From positions 1 to 38,822 of the IMG/VR virus record IMGVR_UViG_3300030090_004705: DNA of 38,822 bases. One strand, written 5' to 3'. The notes below the pieces were generated by a model. The model saw nothing but the letters and a program-made list of their open reading frames with translations. It was not told the DNA's origin and searched no databases. The DNA is from a virus. Lineage: Duplodnaviria; Caudoviricetes. This document shows, one piece after another, positions 31,901 through 38,822 of the stretch (position 1 is its first letter; every line of letters begins with the position of its first letter). A program made the position numbers and the translations under genes.

Positions 31901-34900
31901 AAGCGAGGTAGCCAAGGTCAGGCGCGAGCTTGATCGGGATGCCTATGCCCGCCAGGCAATTGCTTGGCTTGAAGCAAACACAGAGGCGCCGCGTGCAGTG
32001 TCTACGCCGCAGACACCGCCAACAGTGCCGTTTAAGTACGGCTCACCGCGCTACCGCTCGACGGTGCTGCAGTGGGAATCAGACGTTGATGCGCTTATCT
32101 ACAGCGTCACCAAGACGTCAGGCCGTCCCTCTAAAAACAGGGACAAGTTTTTGAACTACCTGCAGAACGACCTGGGCCTGCATGACAACGTGATCCAAGA
32201 GGCTGGTGCTCGCATCCGTGCTGACCTTGGCAACAAGGCAACCGGCGACACTTATACCGTTCCTGACAGCGGTGTCTGGCGTGAAGGTGGGCAGCTGGCT
32301 GAGCTCCCCCCTGTCAGCAGCACCCGTGGCGCAGGCCAGCTGGGCCAGGACTACACAGGCCGCAACGTTCTTTCGTCGCAAGAAAAAGCCGCGTTGTCGG
32401 CAGTGATTGAGCAAGTTGCAGGCGTTGACGTCAATATCGAGTTTGTTGACAGGATTGAAGGCCGGTTTACCCCTGCCCAGGCCCGTGCTTACGGCGTCAA
32501 GAAGGGTCAGGCCTATTCAGCCTCAGGCGTGTTTATCCGTGGCCAAAGAGCTATGGACGATGTGATTAAGGTTGCGATGTTCCATAAATCAAATCCGCTT
32601 TCTTTTACTCGCACGCTGATTACTGCATACCACGAGGCATTTCACCGCCTACAAGATCTTTTTCTATCAAGGGGTGAGCTACAAATTCTTCGCAATGCAG
32701 ATAGCCAGATTCGGGAATTAGCGGCGAAGACTGTCCCAGAGCAGGCTCAAGCAATACTAAGTGGGCAAATTGGAAGCAAAGAAGTACAGGCAATGGCCTT
32801 TAGTGGCTGGTGGAAGTTTGGCGACAAATACAAAAAGGCCACATGGGCACAACCTTTTACCAAGATTTCGCAGATCGCAGAAGCGGCTGGCAATTGGCTA
32901 CTGGGTCGTGGGTATCAAACTTGGGATGACGTATTTGAAAACGCGTTCCAGGGCGATATTGCAACGCGGCGCGCAGAGCAGAGCGCGGACCTAGAGCCAC
33001 AGTTGGCTGTGCAAATGCCTGACCCTGACGACGTCTCGCGCAAAATTGCTGAAAACATGGAAGCCCTGAAAAAGGGCGACATCACAATCGAAGAGCTGCT
33101 GCAGGACGACATCCGTCGCTATGCCAGCCGCAGCGGCAAAACCCGGTACATCGAACTAAGTAACGACGAGCTTGCTGCTTCCTTTGACGCTGTGCGTCGT
33201 GGCATCTCTGGCGACTTTCTGGACCGTGCTGACCTGACTGGTCGCGACACATATACCGATGAGCAAATCAATGGCAAGGCCATTGAAATCCTCAGCGAAA
33301 CAGGTGCCGACCCTGACCGCTTAATTGAGATGGCAGACCGTGCTTTGCGCGGTGACTTGCAAGCAGGTGACGACCTTGGCTCTATTAGGGCAACACAGAT
33401 CCTGCTAGACGCTGCCAACAACGACGCAGCAATTGCAGCAATTAACTACACAGGCGCGACAACTGCAGCAGATAAAGCGTCTGCGGCAAGCAAGCTGTAC
33501 GCCTCTATCAATGACTCGCTCAAGATTGGCGCGGCATACGCCGAGATGACGCGAGTAGCAGGCCAGCGCTTGCGCATTGCTCAGATGGATGCTGACCCCA
33601 ACATCCTCAACTCCAAGCTGATCCCTGGCGTCAACTTGCAACACGCCACGACAGAAGCAGCCGGCAAGGCTGCGCTTGCGGAAGGCTTGCAGCCAACAGC
33701 TGGTCCTCTTGGTGACGGTGTCTATTTCACGGCAAGCACTAGCGGCTACGAAAATATGGCTGGCTACGGCGGCGCCCTGGTCGAGGGCACGCTGCAGAAG
33801 GACATCAAGATCATGGACTTGCCATCCATGGACAAGGACCTTGCCGACCTGCTCAACGACCTTGACTTAGGCCGCATGCGGGAAGGGCCCAACGGCCTTG
33901 AGCTGACACCTGCACAAAAGGCAGGGCTGCAGGACTACGTCACTGGCCTGGGTTACCAGGGTCTGCGGCATGAGCCTGAGATGATCGGTCGCCAGGGCGG
34001 GCCTGTCGACGAAGTCGTTATCTACGACGTCAATGCTGCAAACCGTGTTGTCGGTTCAGAAGCGGAGGCTGTGCCGCCCAACCAGCCAAGCAAATCAGCA
34101 GCAGAGCAGTTTGTCGAGACGACAGCTGACGCAGGCAACATGCTTGATCGGGTTCTGCCTGCAGAGGTAGTCAACGCTGTCAAGCAAAACCAGTCGACAG
34201 CAAGCACTGACGAGGTGATGAAGGAGCTGGCTGAGGTTGCCATTCAGGCAAAGAACAGCAAGAAATATCAGGCCAACATGCTCGGCCACATGCGTGATGC
34301 TGCGCCTGGCTCAGGCACTGCGCAGAACATCAGGCAGTTCCATGTCATGTCGATCCTGTCTGCGCCGCGAACTCATTGGACGATGTTGCTGGGCAGCGCG
34401 TTTAGAGCGGCCACTATGCCAGTAAGCACTATTTACGGCGGCGCTGTTGACGCAGCACGCCTTGCCGCGACAGGGCGATTTGCTGAGGCAAAGGCCGCTA
34501 CGCAAGCCACTGGCCTGGGCTTCCGCATGTACGCCAAATATGTTTCCAATCTCAACTACGCGCTGCGCCTTACCGGCTCGTCGTTTGTTCACAACGAAGC
34601 CTTTGTAAACCTCGGCGTCGACTACATCGGCATGGATCGCCGGCTCACTAATGGGCCCAAGCAAGGCAACTTGCAGGACATCCAGATAGATGAGATTCAG
34701 GACGGTCAGTGGTACATGGACCGCAACAACCCAAACTTTGTCGCAATTGCTGTTAATTACATTCGCAATGCAACGCCACGGTCGGTGGCAAGAGACGCGA
34801 CTGGCGCTGCAGCACGCGGCATGAAAGCTGTTGTTGGCCGTCCGATCACAATGATCGACACGTTCATCAACGGCCTGGTCGGCCCCTCAGCTGAATGGGC

Positions 34901-36743
34901 GCGACTGATGGATGAGCAGCTGGAGCATGCAGTGCAGACCGGCGTTGGCAAACCTGGCTCTAAAGAAGTATGGGATTACGCCAATGCTGAGGCGGAGCGG
35001 TTGCTGGAAAAGCAATACCGTGACGTCACCATGCCTAACGGTGCAGTAATTAAGAAAGGCGCGCTGACTGGGATTCACGCAAAGAACGTGATGGATTACG
35101 TCGCGTTTACTGATCCTCTTGATGTTGTGCATGAGCCGCGCACATATCAGATGGGCATCCGTAAAGCACGGCAAAAAGGTCTGACTGACCAGCTCGACAT
35201 TCACAACAGCGCTCTTGCCTACATGAAGAGTGGCTATGAAGGGCGCCCTGCGATGGCAGCGCTATGGGCTCCGTCTCGCGCAGCCGGCAAATTTGTAAAC
35301 GATTACCCGCTTGCCGGTGTGATCTACGCATTGCCGCGTGGGCCAGTTGACATTCTCAAAGCAGCCATGCGCATGACGCCCGGCGGCGGATTGTTGACAG
35401 ATACTTTGTGGCGTGACCTGCACAGCGAAGACAAATTTACGCGGTACAGAGCCGTTGGAGATGCAGCACTTGGCACGTTTGCAATGGCAAGCGGCTTAAT
35501 GCTGCTGCAGTCTGACTACATTCGCGTCACTGGATTTGACCCAACTAATTGGCGTGAGCGCTATACAGGCGCGAAGGCTGAATACACTGGCTATCAGGGC
35601 AGTTCTATCTCATTTAGGATTCCTGGCACCGATAGATTTACGCCCCAATTTAGGCTCAATGCGTTAGATCAACTTGCCACAATTTTTGGCATGCTTGGCG
35701 AGTACAAAGAAATGGTTGAAAACGTACCTTACGAGCAGGCTGAAACTGTTGCTGCGCAAGTGCAAGCTGCAATTTGGCACACAGCTCGTGAGCTTGGTCC
35801 GGCTAAATTTAACTCACAAATTCTTGAGCCATTCCGTCGGCTTATTGATTTGTACTCTGACATAATTGAGAACAGCAGGTTTGGCAAAAAAGAAGGCAGA
35901 GTAAACGCAGTAACTAAATACATTTCAACCAACCTGCGTGCGTTTATGCCAAGCACGTTTGCTGCCGCACGCGTTGGCCCTCAGCTCAAGCCGCCTGGCC
36001 CTGCTACTGACAACCCCTTCCTTGCTATTCCGCTGCAAACTTTGCAGATGATGCGCATGCGCCTGCCTGGTGCAAGCGAGGAGTTCCCGCCGCAGCGTCA
36101 CCCGTTTACAGGCGCAGCCATTCCCATGCCGCAGCCACTGGGCTTGAACCTGATTCCTGAGGATCAATGGTTCTTGCGCAGCGCCTACAACATGTTCAGC
36201 CCTACATCCGCGTTTCCCACTCGGGTGCTGTCTGACGATCCGATCGACGTCGAGCTGCGTCGTCTGTATGGCCAAGGCTCTATGGAGACATGGTGGTCTG
36301 ACACTGCGTTTGGCCCAGAACTGCCTAATCGTGTGCTGTCTCCGCAGGAGCTCGACCGCCTGGAGGTGCTTGGCACTCAGGTCGTACGCATGAAGGGCAC
36401 CAAGCCAGACCCTGAAGGCAAGCTGCTGGCTGAAGAGATCCGCGACCTTATTACTAAGGACATCACCTACAAGGCAACGCCAATCGGTGGCAACGAGGAA
36501 GATCGCACGCGTCCTTCCGAGGATTACCAATCAGTGCGGCTGACCAGAATTAAGGCGGTGTTCAACAGATATGCCAGAGAAGCAAAGCTGTTGCTGGAAG
36601 AAGAAAGCCCAGCGCTTAAAGCAGAGCTGACTGAAGCCAGGCAAAGACGGGCTGACAATGCTTACATACAGAAGAGGACATCACTTGACATCCAGCGTGC
36701 TGCGCCTGCTGGAGCCCAAACCTTCATTGACGCTCTGAACTGA
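28986..36743 (+). CDS. Giant internal virion protein D-like (gp16 position), multidomain
   Basis: 2585 aa, located between the gp15-like gene and the tail fibre. Carries embedded ParB-like, HExxH and ADP-ribosyltransferase-like motifs (see findings). Confidence 0.8.
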   Translation: MPLVQDENGVYSFVMPQAMEPEAPAEQEQQPDLDTVVEAAQPVVEELTEAAAEDQGGFGAQIQQALSDPASVLFGEPGSNVVRDTLDVAASRVAQNLQNFVATELSKTDSTRDFANRVGLRAPSATEPNPPSPVTGQPLYQPSGNPVMDFVGDLTASGLQFAAIASGLKAGGIRTPRIPIAPNYAARMRASRAPGLQGVRQRAIGRAIEGAQEGYLPGAINDFYFENPYESFGAAVKSYTDGTFAEGFVNDYLAATDDDTVGEARLKNAFMGAFAGTFLGAGLEMVTGPIGRRLAGEYVEAQADRAVAEVKLAKRLDEVAADQPEVAADQQVVDVEATQAPVRMTGRTPEVERDVVAEVNTVVAEQAIRPGREAAAETDEEIINRKLDEIEATTDRLIGRAEAIDQRLMQAADQMIEAQERVENVEAVYRATAPSETVPDNLPEPAVAELARPTREDYAAGTVGAYPVADIGIDPQRFQFKEAGRLTKTGQSGSLAGTTVFNPDMANVISVWRDPADGKVYVVNGHNRLARAQKADRQSINVRFMEAADAAEARIKGAMQNISEGNGTAVDAAKIMRESAMTAEDMIAQGMPIRNEAAEKLFLKAAPLSKLPQELFDQVARGDVTIDIGAAIGSSGAEEQVMRDLAAAAKKKKWSAQKTAEAASIARFSQVEAATDPNALALPGFDELLSSDFSRQLEVRVAIRAQLKAEINALAAAASERKAGFLEAAGNVINVQASGAARQEAMQGAAVFNQRANMVGPLSDLITELTGQVTPKKNAVTVVRENLQRLRGVLQEEFAPAPRPEPAAPEARAEAAPEPQPTRPEIDVEKLRRSLQHLSQEEFDRVLEKLQASGGRITSNPSRINEPTVEQPVDNAAYSDLNERQIAKLKAMSPVERAAERTKLQKMILGDRAKANRKAKRAQQQADEERSLELFKDEGALADGTMSEEQFNAKYGPGAATSEEPPFYAPKQSEVAKVRRELDRDAYARQAIAWLEANTEAPRAVSTPQTPPTVPFKYGSPRYRSTVLQWESDVDALIYSVTKTSGRPSKNRDKFLNYLQNDLGLHDNVIQEAGARIRADLGNKATGDTYTVPDSGVWREGGQLAELPPVSSTRGAGQLGQDYTGRNVLSSQEKAALSAVIEQVAGVDVNIEFVDRIEGRFTPAQARAYGVKKGQAYSASGVFIRGQRAMDDVIKVAMFHKSNPLSFTRTLITAYHEAFHRLQDLFLSRGELQILRNADSQIRELAAKTVPEQAQAILSGQIGSKEVQAMAFSGWWKFGDKYKKATWAQPFTKISQIAEAAGNWLLGRGYQTWDDVFENAFQGDIATRRAEQSADLEPQLAVQMPDPDDVSRKIAENMEALKKGDITIEELLQDDIRRYASRSGKTRYIELSNDELAASFDAVRRGISGDFLDRADLTGRDTYTDEQINGKAIEILSETGADPDRLIEMADRALRGDLQAGDDLGSIRATQILLDAANNDAAIAAINYTGATTAADKASAASKLYASINDSLKIGAAYAEMTRVAGQRLRIAQMDADPNILNSKLIPGVNLQHATTEAAGKAALAEGLQPTAGPLGDGVYFTASTSGYENMAGYGGALVEGTLQKDIKIMDLPSMDKDLADLLNDLDLGRMREGPNGLELTPAQKAGLQDYVTGLGYQGLRHEPEMIGRQGGPVDEVVIYDVNAANRVVGSEAEAVPPNQPSKSAAEQFVETTADAGNMLDRVLPAEVVNAVKQNQSTASTDEVMKELAEVAIQAKNSKKYQANMLGHMRDAAPGSGTAQNIRQFHVMSILSAPRTHWTMLLGSAFRAATMPVSTIYGGAVDAARLAATGRFAEAKAATQATGLGFRMYAKYVSNLNYALRLTGSSFVHNEAFVNLGVDYIGMDRRLTNGPKQGNLQDIQIDEIQDGQWYMDRNNPNFVAIAVNYIRNATPRSVARDATGAAARGMKAVVGRPITMIDTFINGLVGPSAEWARLMDEQLEHAVQTGVGKPGSKEVWDYANAEAERLLEKQYRDVTMPNGAVIKKGALTGIHAKNVMDYVAFTDPLDVVHEPRTYQMGIRKARQKGLTDQLDIHNSALAYMKSGYEGRPAMAALWAPSRAAGKFVNDYPLAGVIYALPRGPVDILKAAMRMTPGGGLLTDTLWRDLHSEDKFTRYRAVGDAALGTFAMASGLMLLQSDYIRVTGFDPTNWRERYTGAKAEYTGYQGSSISFRIPGTDRFTPQFRLNALDQLATIFGMLGEYKEMVENVPYEQAETVAAQVQAAIWHTARELGPAKFNSQILEPFRRLIDLYSDIIENSRFGKKEGRVNAVTKYISTNLRAFMPSTFAAARVGPQLKPPGPATDNPFLAIPLQTLQMMRMRLPGASEEFPPQRHPFTGAAIPMPQPLGLNLIPEDQWFLRSAYNMFSPTSAFPTRVLSDDPIDVELRRLYGQGSMETWWSDTAFGPELPNRVLSPQELDRLEVLGTQVVRMKGTKPDPEGKLLAEEIRDLITKDITYKATPIGGNEEDRTRPSEDYQSVRLTRIKAVFNRYAREAKLLLEEESPALKAELTEARQRRADNAYIQKRTSLDIQRAAPAGAQTFIDALN

Positions 36744-36745
36744 CC

Positions 36746-38822
36746 ATGCCCTACGCATACAACGTCTACACCGGCAATGGCAGCGCCACTCAGTACACGA
36801 TTGGCTTCCCCTACATCAGGAAGGAGCACGTTAAGGTTTTCGTCAACTACGTCGACACCACCTTCACCTTCGCCAACGACACCACAGCGCAGCTGTCGTC
36901 GGCACCTGCCAACGGCGTACGGGTGGAGGTACGTCGAGTTACGCCCGCCGACAACGTCCTGGTCGACTACACCGACGGCTCAACGCTGACGGCTGCTGAC
37001 CTAGATACCAACGCACTGCAGCAGCTTTACCTTGACCAAGAGCTAGATGATGCGCAGAAGCAGGTCGTCACGATTAGCAGCACCACTGGCTTGCCGACGC
37101 TTGGCAACCAGCGGCTGACCAACGTATCTGACCCGACAGGGGCGCAGGATGCAGCCACCAAGAACTACGTCGACACCAACTTCCAGCCGCTTGACGCTGA
37201 GCTGACTGAGCTAGCGACCATGTCGTCTGGCACTGCCAGTGCGTTGGCGGACCTGACTCAAACAGAGACACAGATTCTTGACGGGGCGACTGTTACCACG
37301 GCAGAGCTAAACACCCTTGATGGGATTACTGCGTCTACAGCAGAGCTCAACAAATTAGATGGCGTTACCGCTGACACAGCTGAGCTAAACAAGCTCGACG
37401 GCGTGACTGCCAGTACGGCTGAGCTCAACATCCTCGATGGCGTTACGGCAACTGCTGCTGAGATCAACAAGCTTGATGGGGTTACTGCGTCTACGTCAGA
37501 GCTGAACACGCTCGATGGCGTGACTGCCACAGCTGCGGAAATCAACAAGTTAGACGGCGTCACTGCAACAACGGCAGAGCTGAACTTTGTCGACGGTGTC
37601 ACCTCTGCAATTCAGAACCAGATCGATGGCAAGCAGCCTCTGGATTCTGAGCTGACTGAACTGTCGACGATGCAGAGCGGCACGGCATCTGCCCTTGCTG
37701 ATCTGACTCAGGCAGAAGTGCAGGTGCTTGATGGCGCCACGCTCAGCACTGCAGAACTAAACAAGCTGGACGGTGTCACGTCTACCACTACTGAGCTCAA
37801 CATTCTTGACGGCGTCACTGCCACCACTACTGAGCTCAACGTCACTGACGGCCTGACTGCATCTACAGCAGAGCTGAACCAGCTAGATGGCAAGACGATC
37901 AGCAGCACGCTGACACCTGCTAACACCAACGACATTCCCACCAGCTCAGCAGTCAATACGTTTGTGTCTGGCTTGCTCAACGCCCTGGGCGGCTTTGTCG
38001 CTATTCCAAACGAAACCAGTTTTCCGACAACTAACCCTGACCCCAGCGACAACGCTGGCACGGTGGTGTCGATTGCTGATGCAGGTGGCGTTGTTGTTGA
38101 TGCCAACGGCACGAGCACTACTGGCCGCACAACTGGCAACGTCACGGTCACAATTACTGGCTTCCCCACCAGCCTGCGAAGCAGCACGTTGACCGCTGGC
38201 CTAGGCCTGCAAGTGCAGACCACCAGCACGCTTAACACTTACACCTATCACAAGCTCATTGCTAAGGAGACTGACGTCGTTCAGCTCAGCGATGACATCA
38301 ATGATTTCAACGCTCGCTATCGCGTATCAGACAATGCGCCAACTACAGATCTAGACGAAGGCGATCTCTGGTACGACAGGACTGCCAACAAGATGAAGGT
38401 GTACGACACCAGCACTTCTGCGTGGAAGGAAGTGCAGTCTGTCGGCAACTTCTTTATCAACACGCTGTCGTCGTCGAGCGGCACAGGCGGCGGATCTGCC
38501 ACGTTTAACAACAACGCCTATCGATTCACTCTTAGCAACGCTGGCGCTAACGCCCAGCAAATGCTGGTCAGCGTCAACGGTGTAATTCAAAAGCCAAACA
38601 GTGGCACTAGCCAGCCGTCTGAAGGCTTTGCGATTGACACCAACGACATCATCTTTGCTGCTCCGCCCGCCACTGGCGCAAGCCACTTCATCGTCACTAT
38701 TGGCTCGACGGTCAATATCGGCCAGCCCAGCAACAACACGGTCGACACGTCAGAGCTGGTCGATGGTGCTGTCACTAACGCCAAGGTCAGCAGCAGCGCA
38801 GCTATTGCTGGCACCAAGATTA
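36746..38822 (+). CDS. Tail fibre, N-terminal part (T7 gp17-like anchor); runs off the end and continues at 1..1760 (~1251 aa if joined)
   Basis: Absent from the ORF track because there is no stop. Hand translation begins MPYAYNVYTGNGSATQYTIGFPYIRKEHVKVFVN...VEVRRVTP...DYTDGSTLTAADLD, the phage T7 tail-fibre N-terminal pattern. Confidence 0.9.
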   Translation, partial: MPYAYNVYTGNGSATQYTIGFPYIRKEHVKVFVNYVDTTFTFANDTTAQLSSAPANGVRVEVRRVTPADNVLVDYTDGSTLTAADLDTNALQQLYLDQELDDAQKQVVTISSTTGLPTLGNQRLTNVSDPTGAQDAATKNYVDTNFQPLDAELTELATMSSGTASALADLTQTETQILDGATVTTAELNTLDGITASTAELNKLDGVTADTAELNKLDGVTASTAELNILDGVTATAAEINKLDGVTASTSELNTLDGVTATAAEINKLDGVTATTAELNFVDGVTSAIQNQIDGKQPLDSELTELSTMQSGTASALADLTQAEVQVLDGATLSTAELNKLDGVTSTTTELNILDGVTATTTELNVTDGLTASTAELNQLDGKTISSTLTPANTNDIPTSSAVNTFVSGLLNALGGFVAIPNETSFPTTNPDPSDNAGTVVSIADAGGVVVDANGTSTTGRTTGNVTVTITGFPTSLRSSTLTAGLGLQVQTTSTLNTYTYHKLIAKETDVVQLSDDINDFNARYRVSDNAPTTDLDEGDLWYDRTANKMKVYDTSTSAWKEVQSVGNFFINTLSSSSGTGGGSATFNNNAYRFTLSNAGANAQQMLVSVNGVIQKPNSGTSQPSEGFAIDTNDIIFAAPPATGASHFIVTIGSTVNIGQPSNNTVDTSELVDGAVTNAKVSSSAAIAGTKI
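37184..37890 (+). repeat. 39-bp (13-aa) tandem repeats in the tail fibre shaft
   Basis: Consensus TAELNKLDGVTAS in blocks of 8 and 4 units. Each block is preceded by a duplicated QPLDxELTELxTMxSGTASALADLTQxExQxLDGAT module. Confidence 0.9.
38742..38820. repeat. Contig-end direct overlap (identical to 1-79)
   Basis: 79 identical bases, then T at 38821 versus C at 80. Confidence 0.95.

Noticed and set aside
29742-36530. Minus-strand ORFs inside the giant gene (e.g. 29742..30458, 35925..36530)
   Set aside because: These are shadow frames of a well-supported + strand gene.
37270-37890. 39-bp periodic repeats as a CRISPR array
   Set aside because: There are no unique spacers, variation is concentrated at synonymous positions, and the region lies in frame within the fibre gene.

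Overview
This window is an apparently complete, circularly permuted genome of a T7-like podovirus (Autographiviridae-like), about 38.74 kb once the 79-bp end overlap is removed. Gene content and small conserved ORFs suggest a marine picocyanobacterial host (inference). The genome has two oppositely oriented arms that diverge from a ~450-bp control region at ~14,670-15,125. The minus-strand arm holds small early ORFs, a tyrosine integrase, single-subunit RNA polymerase, SSB, endonuclease I, primase/helicase and exonuclease, with no DNA polymerase. The plus-strand arm holds terminase, portal, scaffold, capsid, tail tubes, internal virion proteins (one a 2,585-aa multi-enzyme protein), two chaperone-bearing fibres and an envelope-protein cluster. 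I saw no repressor, psbA/hli, RNR or stand-alone endolysin. The most striking unexplained signal is a candidate ~65-nt plus-strand RNA (~15,022-15,088). Its 16-nt hairpin loop is antisense to a motif repeated next to the ribosome-binding sites of four early genes, which suggests an RNA-based early-gene shut-off or immunity switch. All calls come from reading motifs by eye; no searches were run.
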